Shown one piece after another: positions 14,001 through 24,318 of a stretch of DNA of 64,000 bases. Numbering within the stretch: the stretch's first letter is position 1; every line of letters starts with the position of its first letter. The notes beneath the pieces were generated by a model. That model was not told the DNA's origin. It was given only the letters and a program-made list of their open reading frames with translations, and did no database searches. This DNA is from Macrostomum hystrix (Eukaryota; Animalia; Platyhelminthes). The position numbers and the translations under genes were made by a program. The stretch covers positions 3,100,001-3,164,000 of the forward strand of contig CATNEN010000005.1 in assembly GCA_950097015.1 (NCBI GenBank). The letters run 5' to 3'.

Positions 14001-14492
14001 CAAAATAATTGTTTTATTCCATCAATATGCCATATATGTATGGTACCATATTTTAGACAGAAAGTCATGCTAAACATATTGAATTATAGATTCTAGCTGT
14101 TGTATAACATTTTTATACGGCTCTTTAAATTTACTCAAACCCTCACTACTCCAGTTGATTTGCTGATTGTAAAAGAATTTACATTTTTCTGAAAATTCCC
14201 GACCCTATATCTGCGCTGAAAAATGCCAAATGCTACCAAATAATACAGTTTTTTAAATCTATTCAACTTAAATCTACACTGCTCATTTACTGCACCAGGT
14301 TGCATTATTGATCAGATATTGTTGCAGATGAGTCGAAAAAACTGCTCAATTGTAAAAAACCCTGAACAAAGCATTGCGAAGATAATTTTTAATTTCTAAT
14401 AGCTTAATAAGAGAAATCTATCCTATCTACTTCTGCAACACACTATTATAAGTAGCATTGTAATAATATTTTCACTTCTCTCCACAGGCTAG
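2087..14492 (+). CDS. mbl: 3' part of probable muscleblind-like (MBNL) gene; candidate exons 2087(or 2097)-2371, 7364-7516, 12844-13018, 14488-14492
   Basis: Exon 12844-13018 (cag| ... |gtaagt) reads CLPAGFPGGKRAAVADAKSGIPVYQPGAVSYQQQLATAFQV, matching my recollection of the invertebrate muscleblind C-terminal KRxAxADxKSGIPVYQP..YQQ motif. Upstream Ala/Pro/Gln-rich exons have donors gtgagt (2372) and gtattt (7517), and phases join (0,0,1); the last acceptor (tccacag 14487) gives TGC TAG (..FITTSC*). CCCH zinc fingers are not seen and are presumably upstream of the window. Confidence 0.62.
2522..3220. repeat. Minisatellite, ~21-bp unit GAGAGAGATAAGAATCTCAGG
   Basis: Tandem array visible directly. 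Confidence 0.95.
3921..5620. repeat. Minisatellite, 60-bp pyrimidine-rich unit
   Basis: Successive 60-nt lines are near identical (CATCTCCTTATCTCTCTCCCTGCATCCCTATACCTTCCCTTTTATCAACCCGCTTCCCTA). Confidence 0.97.
6403..7043. repeat. Minisatellite, 39-bp unit
   Basis: 13-aa periodicity in all overlapping ORFs; unit ~GGCCAGCACCCCACACCCACCACCTCTCGCTCAGTTCTT.. Confidence 0.95.
8436..9008. repeat. Minisatellite, 12-bp unit CTGTCTGTATAA with 16-bp variants
   Basis: Tandem array visible directly. Confidence 0.95.
9590..9860 (+). mobile_element. tRNA-derived SINE with CORE-like domain
   Basis: A-box TAGCCAAGAGG 9596-9606, B-box GGTTCGATTCC 9640-9650, then GTGTCCATTTGCAAGACACTAAACTCTGCATTGCTTCAGTTCAACCCTCTGTTAAATGGG resembling the MIR/CORE consensus (GGCAAGTCACTTAACCTCT..CCTCAGTTTCCTCATCTGTAAAATGGG); second copy at ~62490-62670. 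Confidence 0.75.
10628..11704. repeat. Minisatellite, 20-bp unit GAGAATGGGATCTAGAAGTT
   Basis: Highly homogeneous tandem array. Confidence 0.97.
11765..11937 (+). repeat. Dispersed repeat; second copy inverted at ~60021-60165
   Basis: 55-bp core 11880-11934 is the exact reverse complement of 60021-60075; flanking sequence similar but diverged. Confidence 0.8.
13379..13815. repeat. Degenerate ~20-bp minisatellite (GCCGATCGATAATGGATTAT..)
   Basis: Tandem array visible directly. Confidence 0.9.
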
Positions 14493-15611
14493 AGAAAATC
14501 GACGGATGACAACAAAGCCGGGGCGTGCGATTGCACAGTTCGATGTGCAGCCAATATATAGCTGCCTCTATATATAGCTGTCCATGTTGTTGTATTTACT
14601 ATATTTTCTGCCCCAATATATTATTATTAATGTTCTTAATATTGTTTGTTACTCTACAGATGTACGCGTTATCTATTTGTGTTTTAGACGTTTCTTCTTT
14701 CGTCATTCGGTTCAGTAAAACATATTATTGTATTTTCATACTACTCCGGATAGAAATACGTATTGTACTGGTAATGAGTCACCATTTATTTGCGTACTTA
14801 ATTGAAGAATATGCTTTGTAAACTTTTGCTTGCTTTTTCAAATCGTAGGGCTTAACACACGTCTGCAAGATTTCAAAATAGGACGATTGGATTGCTTTCA
14901 TAATTGATTGTCATTTTTACAAGCAGGATTTTTGTTCGGAGCAATATCGCGGCGCATGTACTTGTTCACATAGCAATTCGCTTTCTGCATCCAGCTTTTC
15001 ATTCTTGTCATCTGTTTTGGATTTATCGATGCTCAACCAAATGGGCCTCAAAATCAACGCGTGATGTTGATTTGAATTCACGAGTAAATCTAAGAATCTA
15101 GGTTTTACCTCATGGGTGACAAAACCGATCGATAATCCAACATATTGGAAAAATTGATCAATAGTAGTAACAAGCGATCGATATTGGGTATTTTTTTAAA
15201 CTGGTTAATTACAATCGAACAATACAGGCTTACAGGCATCTACGAGAGTAGGTAGAACTATTAGCTATGAATAGTAATGCACTGAGATCATATTATCACA
15301 GCTTTGCATCAGCTTAATTGCCACAGCTAAATGAATATTCCGTTCAAGAAGTTTGTTTTGATTGCGTCCGTATAATGCAATTTTAGTCAAGAAGAAAACC
15401 GTTAGCAAGTGCGATCAAATATGCATCATTGTATGCTAAAATCATTCGATTTTTGTTCTTCTTTTCGCCTTTTTTATTAAATCCAGTTTTTTATGGTTTG
15501 TCTCTAGCTTCGAACGAAATCAATAGAAACGAGCGTTAGATCCATTTTCTGTGATCCAGCTTGGCTCTATTGTAACCAATCCTATAGTTTTTTACAAAAT
15601 GATCTCAGTGC

Positions 15612-16080
15612 GTGACAACCAACATCACTCCAAAACCAACCTAAATCGACGAAAAACAACCTTAATCCACGACAAACAACCTCCCTCCACAAACAACCTC
15701 ACGCCACGAGAACGAACCTCCCTCCACAAACAACCTCACGCCACGACAACGAACCTCACTTCACGACAAACAATTTCACTCCCCGACAAACAACCTAAAT
15801 CCACGACAAGCAACCTCACTCCACAACCAACCTCAATCCACGAAAACAAACCTCACTTCACGACAAACAACCTAAATCCACGACAAGCAACCTCACTCCA
15901 CAACCAACCTTACTCCACGACAACCAACCTCACTCCACGACAAACAACCTCACTCCACGACAAACAACCTCACTCCACGACAAACAACCTCACTCCACGA
16001 CAAACAACCTCACTTCACGACAAACAACCTCACTCCACGACAACGAACCTCACTTCACGACAACCAACCTCACTTCACCG
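15612..16080. repeat. Degenerate ~21-bp AC-rich minisatellite (CACGACAAACAACCTCACTC.)
   Basis: Tandem array visible directly. Confidence 0.88.
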
Positions 16081-16671
16081 GAACATGCAGTTCAAATTCC
16101 ACAATATCCAACTATACCACACGAAAATAATTCCTAGCAACAGTTCCCTCTGTCTAATTAAAGTTGTTACCTAGACAAAAACCACCACAAAAAACAATTG
16201 TTACAATAAAAAGCCAACTTGATTGTTGATGTTCGGTGAATATTATAAAATAGTTTTCTGCTAATTAAATTCTGCTTTTGCCTCTCCTTTGTGTGTGTAA
16301 GCTTGTGTGAGCTTAAACATGCCTAAATAATATTGTGAGATTGTTCGATTGTATTATGCTCGTAAACTATTCGACTTTCGTGCATCGGTGTTTATCAAGT
16401 GCTCTAACATTGTAACTGTTTTGACTAAAATGCCCACCACGAAATTCACTAACCACAGTACTCGTAAATGGTGTAGACACAAATTTCATTATGCCTAATT
16501 TTATTTCCAGCGGTACAAAAGTAAATACTAATGTTGTAACTATCGAAAATTTAGTGTTCTGCAAAACGAATAAAAAGTATTGCAATTGCCTTGCTCCTTT
16601 ATCTCTCTGAACTCTAATGGGCAGCTAAATCAGATAGTAAATAAGTAACTATTAAGGATTAACTTTAGTGG

Positions 16672-17022
16672 GAAGACTATTTGAGCAGTAAGCCAAATGA
16701 GCAGACTATTTGAGCAGTAAGCCAAATGAGCAGACTATTTGAGTAGTAAGCCAAATGAGCAGACTATTTGAGCAGTAAGCCAGAGCAGACTATTTGAGCA
16801 GTAAGCCAAATGAGCAGACTATTTGAGCAGTAAGCCAAATGAGCAGACTATTTGAGCAGTAAGCCAAATGAGCAGACTATTTGAGCAGTAAGCCAAATGA
16901 GCAGACTATTTGAGCAGTAAGCCAAATGAGCAGACTATTTGAGCAGTAAGCCAAATGAGCAGACTATTTGAGCAGTAAGCCAAATGAGCAGTGAGTTGAA
17001 GACAGACCATTTGAGCAGTAAC
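16672..17022. repeat. Minisatellite, 29-bp unit GAGCAGTAAGCCAAATGAGCAGACTATTT
   Basis: Tandem array visible directly. Confidence 0.93.
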
Positions 17023-17958
17023 TTGAATGAGGCAAAAGGCAATATAGGCTTTGCGAGTTGGCTAGACAATTTTTTAGGCCAGGTACTGACGTACTGTCTC
17101 AGGACCTATATTATTAGACTGTCTCAGTCCTATTACTATGTCGATCAAGGATAGTAACAGTGATGACAGTGCCAATTAACACATAAACAAGCTTTTATAC
17201 TACTGAAAAATGTAATACTTCGTTGTGTCATTACTTGCCCCTTCTCTCTGTGCTTGTTTACGCTCGCGCGCCGTCTTTATTGTACTTTCTCCTCCCTCCC
17301 TCTATCGGTTTAACTTCTTAGCTAACCTTCACTTCTCTTTCCTTTCCCTCGTCTCTGATTGGCTAGCTGCTCATCTCTCTTTCCTCACCCCTTCTTTTCA
17401 ACTCTTACCCTCTGGCCCTCCTTATCTCTTAGTTAATATATTTAATTCTCGGACTAAATGCCCAGCCTTTTTCAATTCGTTCAGATCCGTTATCACTGAC
17501 TCTTATTGTGAAGACTGAACTTACGCTCGTATTTTAGGAAGACCGAAAGGTTTCACGTAAGGTTTTGGATTAGCTTTTTTAATTCACACAGACTTTTCAT
17601 ATTCATAGAAGTCATTTCTAATCACGATCTATCTGCTTCGCCTCGGCCAAACACGCATCATCAGTCATTCTATAAGCCAAAGAAACAAATCTGGGGATGT
17701 TATATTTTACTTAATCCGCGATTTGGCCCCAGCTTTCTGTAGCCATGGATGAATAATATAACATTAACGCCCACAAAGAATGGGTATCAATTTTATTGAC
17801 ACGGCGCCTTTGACACGGTTCGGCAAATGTCCATTCGTTTGCAAAGATGGATCATATACACACTAATTGTACAATTAACTGTACCCCCAAATTTTAGACA
17901 GACGAGCAATCCCGAAGAAGCTTTCCATAGCCTCTGTCTTATTATCGAATTATTATAC

Positions 17959-18158
17959 TGTAGTCTGGCTTGTTGATGCGCGTGTACTTAGATGTGCACC
18001 CGCGGCTTGTTTGGGGTGGGGGGGTTTAGCTGCTGCAGCGTGCGTTCGCTTAGGGTGGTTGCACCCACCCCAACTTTGCCGTTAAATATATTCGCGTGAG
18101 CCAGTGAGGGCTCCTGGGCGTGATTGTTATGTTCTACAACTTAACCCACGGTCTTACA
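17959..18158 (+). repeat. 5' LTR (200 bp)
   Basis: TGTAGTCTGG...GTCTTACA; differs from the 3' LTR by 5 substitutions and 1 indel (by eye). Confidence 0.96.
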
Positions 18159-18159
18159 C

Positions 18160-18172
18160 TGGTGGCAGCGGT
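18160..18172 (+). promoter_or_regulatory. Primer binding site complementary to the tRNA-Leu 3' end
   Basis: TGGTGGCAGCGGT, 1 nt after the LTR, is the reverse complement of ACCGCTGCCACCA, the 3' end of eukaryotic tRNA-Leu(AAG/TAG) plus CCA. Confidence 0.85.
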
Positions 18173-18178
18173 CTCACT

Positions 18179-18959
18179 ATGGCCAAATCAGAGCAAGCCA
18201 GTCTATTGCCTTCAAAGTTTAGCGGCGACTCCAACGTGAGAACGTGGCTCAGCACGTTTGAGGACTTTGCCGACGACTGCGAATGGGACGACAAGAAGAA
18301 GGCAAAGAAGCTGAGACTGCTAGTGACAGGAGAAGCACAAATCTTCGTCTGGGAGCAGCCGGAAGACGTGTCAGCCAGCTATGAAAAGCTGAAGGAGAAG
18401 CTGATCGAGTGCTTCGGCAATAGTCTAAGCTGCTACAGAGCAATTGAGGACTTTGAAGAGCGTAAGCGACAGCCTAACGAGTCGCTGAGGGAGCTGGACT
18501 ACAGCCTGAAGCTTCTCCACCTTCGGGCCCGCCCGGACGACTCCGTGGCGGCTCGGGAAAAGGACGTGAAGTTTCGCCTGATGCGCCTCCTGCCATCTGC
18601 CGTGCGAGATGCGCTGTTGAAGGACCAGGACGTGGACTCGTGTTCGCTGGCCGCCATCGTCGACAGAGCTGCGCGGCTTGAGCTGGTGAGCCATGCGACT
18701 ACAGCCTCATCAGCTGCGATGTCAGTGGAAGACAGACGACTGAGCCAGCTGGAGCAGCAGATGCAGCAGCTGACAGCAAGCGTGCGAACGGGACCACCCG
18801 AGACAGGCGTCAGAAGGGACCCATTAAGTGCTTCAGCTGGGTCACATCGCTAGGCGATGCCCAAAGGCGACAGGCAGCCGCTGCAGCCGGTGCTCAGGCA
18901 AAGGTCACTCCGCCGCGGTGTGCCCGACACCAACTGGACAGCCGCAGGGAAACTTCTGA
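18179..18959 (+). pseudogene. gag: gag with two CCHC zinc knuckles, frameshifted
   Basis: ATG 18179 MAKSEQASLLPSKFSGD..WLSTFE; knuckles IKCFS/GHIARRC (damaged) and CSRCSGKGHSAAVC lie in different frames; ends QGNF-TGA 18957-18959. Confidence 0.85.
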
Positions 18960-19004
18960 GGGTCGGCAGCCTGGGGCCAGCACCGACCCGCTCAAAAGGG
19001 GCCC
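18947..19004 (+). promoter_or_regulatory. -1 programmed ribosomal frameshift signal (slippery heptamer + H-type pseudoknot)
   Basis: G GGA AAC 18947-18953 in gag frame, 6-nt spacer, stem 1 GGGTCGG(18960-66)/CCGACCC(18983-89), stem 2 GGGCC(18974-78)/GGCCC(19000-04); the -1 frame is pol. Confidence 0.85.
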
Positions 19005-20682
19005 TTAGATCAGCGCCTTCAGTCTTCGTGAAGGTGCACTTTGGCAGCGTGTCAGCGCCCGCTCTGCTCGACACCGGCGCGCAAGTTTCGTTGATGGACA
19101 AGTCACTGTTCGACAGATTGCCGTGCAAGATCGACTGCACTGACATCGGTGCGCTGCCGACTGCTGTCGTCGGATCCCGGCTGCGCTGCCTTGGCCTGTC
19201 AGCAGCGGATGTTTCGATCGGCAAGACCATCTGCGTGCGCCATCGCTTCACAGTCGTGGACGGCATCCAGCCCAGCCTGATCATCGGCATGGACTTCATC
19301 GGCAAGGTGTCGCAGGAGATGACCATCGACATAAAAGAAGGCGTCGTTAAGTTTGATAGTACAACTGTGCCTTTCAGCAGCGAGCCGGCTCGAGCAGACT
19401 GTCGCCTGGTACCGAGTGTCCTGGTGGCGCGTGTGGCGGCAACTACGGAGCTGCCCGCCCGCAGCGAGAAGCTGGTGTGGCTCAAGGTGGATTCCAGCGG
19501 CGAGCAGGGAGTCTTCGAGCCGTCTGAGGACTTCGTGAAGTCCACCGCCATCCTGCCGGCCCGCGTGCTGGCGGTCTCAGATGGCTGCCGCATCCCGGTG
19601 AAAATGTGCAACCTGGCAGAGGAGCCCGTGCTGCTGTACGCCAACAAGGCGGTCGAAGGCACGATGACAGACGAGGACAGTCGCCAGGAGGCGGCCCAGG
19701 AGACCCCCGTCGGTTGGAACATCAACGCGGAGACTGAACAGGATGCTGCGAGGCTGCGACAGCTGCTGGAGCGCAACGAGGACCTGTTTGCAAGGCACGA
19801 GTACGACTTGGGCACGACGGCGTTGCTGCAACACCAGATCGAGCTGGTGCCCGGAGCGCGGCCACACCGGCAGGTCCAGCGCAGGCTGCCACTGTCTGTG
19901 CGAAGCCAAGTGGACAAGAAGATCGGCCAGATGCTGGACAGCGGCATCATCGAGCCGTCGACATCGCCATGGGCCAGCAACCTGCTGGTAGTCCGCAAGA
20001 AAGACGGCGACATCAGACTGTGCACGGACTGGCGGCAGCTCAACGCCTGCACCGTCAGGGACGCGTTCCCGCTACCGCACCTGCAGGAGGCCATGGATGC
20101 GCTTGTCGGATGCTCCTGGTTCTCCACCATCGACTGCCGGCAGGGCTACCACCAGGTGGAGGTGGCGGAGGAGGACCGGCACAAGACGGCCTTGTATTCG
20201 ACGCGCGGCCTGATGCAATTCTGCAAGATGGGCTTCGGTATGTGCAACGCCCCGGCGACGTTCCAGCGGCTCATGGAGCTTGTGATGACTTACATCGACG
20301 ACATCATTGTCTTCAGCAGGACGTTCGACAACCACTTAGAGAGGCTGGTGGAAGTTTTCAAGCGGTTGCGAGACGCGGGACTCAAGCTGCACAAGGCCAA
20401 GAGCGCGTTCGGTCATCGCCGGGTGCTGCACCTGGGACACCTGATCAGCGAGCAGGGCATTGCACCGGATCCCGGCAAGGTCGAGGCCATTCGCAGCATG
20501 CCCAGCCCAACAACGACCGAGGAGGTGAAGCAGTTCCTCGGAATTTTGGGGTTCTACCGCCGGCTCATACCAGGCTTCAGCCAGACGGCGAGGGTCCTGC
20601 ATGACGTCAGCGTGAAATCGAGGGACTTTGAGTGGAGCAGCGACTGCGAGCGAGCGTTCCGCGAGTTGAAAGGGGAGTACGA

Positions 20683-21511
20683 GGTTTGCCAGCCGGAAGT
20701 TTGCCAGCCGAAGGTTGCCAGCCGGAAGGTTGCCAGCCAGAAGTTTGCCAGCCGAGAGGTTTGCCAACCGGAAGGTTGCCAGCCGAGAGGTTTGCCAGCC
20801 AGAAGTTTGCCAGCCGAGAGGTTTGCCAGCCAGAAGTTTGCCAGCCGAGACGTTTGCCAGCCGAGAGGTTTGACAGCCGGAAGGTTGCCAGCCGAGAGGT
20901 TTGCCAGCCAGAAGTTTGCCAGCCGAGAGGTTTGCCAGCCAGAAGTTTGCCAGCCGAGACGTTTGCCAGCCGAGAGGTTTGACAGCCGGAAGGTTGCCAG
21001 CCGAGAGGTTTGCCAGCCAGAAGTTTGCCAGCTGCTGGACAGTTTGCTATGACGTTGTCCAGGATGTCTCTCACCAGCAACAATTTGGTCTCACTACAAT
21101 CAGTGATTCAGAACGGAGGGCACAAAGCATATCTTTTAACTGCATATGGCCAGCAGCGTCTGTAACAGTAGCAGGAGCATGTTGCTATGCTAACACGTCT
21201 CAAATGTGAAGGTAAGACAGCGTAATGAGAATTTGTGTCATAGCGTTGACATTGTCGACTTGCAATGTGGCTGCACTGCAACAAAGAGAAAATAGAAAGG
21301 AGAGGAAAAGAGGAAATAGAAAGGAGAATGTTTTTCTGACTAGTCACGTCTGGCTTTTCTGATTGTCTACCTGAAAGTAATCAACACTGAAACGGTTAAA
21401 TGGAGGGGAGAGGGAGTTGAGTCAAACTCTTGAATAATGGGGAGAATGGGACAAACTGGCAAACCTCTCGGCTGGCAAACTTCTGGCTGGCAACCTTCCG
21501 GCTGGCAAACC
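20683..21511. mobile_element. Foldback/MITE-like insertion with tandemly repeated inverted arms
   Basis: Left arm ~20683-21032 is a 15-bp GGTTTGCCAGCCGAGA-type array; right arm 21457-21511 is its reverse complement; the spacer is unrelated AT-richer DNA. Confidence 0.75.
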
Positions 21512-23403
21512 CGCGCACCCTCATCGGCGACCGACCGTGAGCTGCTAGCGCTGGTCTGGAGTTTGAAGCACTTCAGGACGTACCTGCTCAGTGTCCCGAA
21601 CTTCAGAGTCTACTCGGATCACCGGCCACTGCAAGGTCTGCTGACAACGAAGGACCCCGAAGGTCGGCTGGCGCGATGGCTTTCGACGCTGCAGCAGTTT
21701 TCGTTCGAGCTGCTGTACCGACCTGGCAGGGACAACGTCGTGCCGGATGCGCTGAGCCGGGTGGCCGGCACGCGCCTGCAGCCTCGGTGGGACGACAGCA
21801 GCCTACACGAGGAGCAACGGCAAGACCCGCTGCTGAGCAAGGCGTTCCAGGCGCTGACCGAAGGGGTCGACAGCCTGTCCGATTCATGGGCGGCGCAGGT
21901 TCGCGAGCTGCTGGACGGGGCCTCGGTGAGCTCGGCGGGTGTCCTGCTGGTGGGTGGCCGGCCAGTCATTCCCGGTCACCTGCGGCCACATTTCCTGCAG
22001 CAAGCGCACTCGTGCGACCAGAGCGGACATCTCGGCGTCGACAGGACCGGAGCGAGGCTGTCTGAGCGCTGCTGGTGGCCTGGTCTGCGACGGGACGTCG
22101 AGAACTGGGTGGCCAGCTGCGCGGGCTTTTGACTTAGCGGCAGGGAGCCTCCATGACGGACGCAGCGAGGAGGCGGCAGATGCCGCCCATATCGCTAACC
22201 CCTGGCAATAGCTGCGCGGGCTGCCTGGCCGAGAAGAGTCCAACCAAGCCGCAGAAAGCGCCGCTGCAGTCGACGTGCCAGCCGACGGCTCCGTGGCAGC
22301 TGGTGCAGATCGACATCAAAGGGCCGCTTCCGCGTACGACCGATGGCAAGGCGTACATCCTGAGCATGTGCGACGCCTTCTCCAAGTGGATGGAGACGGC
22401 AGCCCTGGCGGGGATCGAAGCGGTGACGGTGGCAGATGCACTGCTCAAGTCGGTAGTTCTGCGTCACGGCGCTCCTCAGGTGCTGCACAGTGACCAGGGG
22501 CGTCAATTCGAGAGCGAGGTGTTCGGCCGGCTCTGCGAGCAGCTGGGCGTCGAGAAGACGCGCACGTCGCCGTTTCATCCGAGCGGAAACGGAATCGTCG
22601 AGCGAGGCAACCGGACGCTCGGCGACATGCTGGCGACGACGGTGGCCGAGAACCAGCAGGACTGGGACAGCAAGCTGCCGTATGTGACCTGGGCCTACAA
22701 TACCTCCGTGCACAGCACATACCAGGTCCTCCACGGCTGGCCACCGAGGCAGGCTCTCGACAGTTGGCTGATAAGCGGCGACCGGACGGCAGCCGACGTT
22801 GAACATCACGGCTTCTTGCGGCGGAGTCAGGAGAACCTGCAGAGCGCCTTCGACACGGTGCACAGCCGACTGCGAAGCGCCCAAGTCGAGCGCAACCGGC
22901 TGGCCAACCGGGACTCTCGGTTCGTGCCGTTCGAAGAGGGCCAGCTGGTGATGCTGCGCAACTATGTCATTAAGCACGGCCAGACACGGTGCCTCAGCGC
23001 CAAGTGGAAGGGGCCGTACCGAGTCCTGAGGCGCCTGGGTGAGGTCAATTACCGCATCCAGGACGAGACTGGCCGCAGGCGCCGGCTGGTGGTGCACCAC
23101 GATCGCCTCAAGTGCTTCGTGCAGCGGCGGGCGTCACTGAAGCTTCCAGCGCTGCAGACCATCGACCGCCGGCCGCCGACGCCGACAACGACGGCACCGC
23201 CGCAGAGCCGCCCGCGCAAGCGGCCGATCTTAGCGGCGACGCGGTGGCCTTCTGGCCCGAGCTGCAGGCAGACGAGGTACACGAGGAGCCGCCGGCGGCA
23301 CCGGCCGAGCTGGTCATCGTTCCGCGGCGATCGGCTAGAGAACGGCGGCCACCGGATTTGTACATGGCGGGCTTTGCTTGACTTGGGACTGTCTTTTGCT
23401 TCT

Positions 23404-23416
23404 AGGGGGAAAGTAG
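23404..23416 (+). promoter_or_regulatory. Polypurine tract
   Basis: AGGGGGAAAGTAG immediately before the 3' LTR. Confidence 0.85.
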
Positions 23417-23615
23417 TGTAGTCTGGCTTGTTGGTGCGTGTGCACTTAGATGTGCACCCGCGGCTTGTTTGGGGTGGGGGGGTTTAGCGCTGCAGCGTGC
23501 GTTCGCTTAGGGTGGTTGCACCCACCCCAACTTTGCCGTTAAATATATTCGCGTGAGCCAGTGAGGGCTCCTGGGCGTGATTGTTATGTTCTACGACTTA
23601 ACCCATGGTCTTACA
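23417..23615 (+). repeat. 3' LTR (199 bp)
   Basis: Direct repeat of 17959-18158, followed by TSD ATAC. Confidence 0.96.
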
Positions 23616-24318
23616 ATACTGATTATAGAAACTGTGGAATCAACTGATTGATGGAGATGTCGTCCAACTCATCAGCAGACACGATGCATGGAATCTTGGC
23701 AGTGTGAAGCCAACGAATAAAAACAGCGACGGCCCACTTGTTACGCTTGATGCTGTTTACAGCCTTTGTACTCTTATTAAGAGCTTTCACTGCATCAAGC
23801 GCGGTCGCGAACAGCTCTCACTTCTTGAACAGAGTACGGATCACGTAAATCTAAACCGTCAACCAGAATATCTTCTAAGTCGCGCTCGGTGTTACGATGT
23901 GGATCATAATCGTCGCAGAAATTTTCAGCAAAGTTCACTAATGGATTTATCAAGACTTGCCCTTCCATGTTTTCTCTCATTTATAAAAACAGAACATGCA
24001 TAGTTTTACCATAGACATGTCTTGACACTGGCTCCGGGATTTATCTGCATACATACCGCAAAATTAAAGTACTTTAAATACGAGCGTAAGTTATTCTATG
24101 GTTTTTCGGTCGGAATTTCACTTTCACAGATAATATAGAATCTGTGCTCGGGATAGAATCTCATACCGGCCTCAAACCCATAGAATATCTTTTACATTAT
24201 AAATGATTTAATTAATGAATGAATGAAATTACTTCACAAATAGTAAAGCCAGCTACAACCGTCATCTGCAGTCGCAGTAAAAGTACATAAATCCACAAAT
24301 ACATCCGTGAAAGCAAAT

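Larger units (their letters stand above)
18947..23421 (+). pseudogene. pol: pol polyprotein (PR, RT, RNase H, integrase), interrupted
   Basis: LLDTGA protease, PFGMCNAPATFQR-like and YIDDII RT motifs, SATDRELLALVWSLKHFRTYL RNase H, H-x6-H..C-x2-C zinc finger, DIKGP..SDQG..VERGN integrase core, KWKGPY motif; broken by insertions at ~20683-21511 and 22128-22209. Confidence 0.93.
17959..23615 (+). mobile_element. Full-length Ty3/Gypsy LTR retrotransposon (decayed)
   Basis: TG..CA LTRs 17959-18158 and 23417-23615, 4-bp TSD ATAC on both sides, PBS, PPT, gag then PR-RT-RH-IN domain order. Confidence 0.97.

Noticed and set aside
15551-16174. 207-aa Thr/Gln/His-rich mucin-like ORF
   Set aside because: GTG start and coincides with an AC-rich tandem array; no independent coding evidence
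18850-23365. Numerous long antisense and alternate-frame ORFs in the Gypsy element (and in WASP at 31637-32584)
   Set aside because: Expected shadows of GC-rich coding sequence; no recognisable motifs
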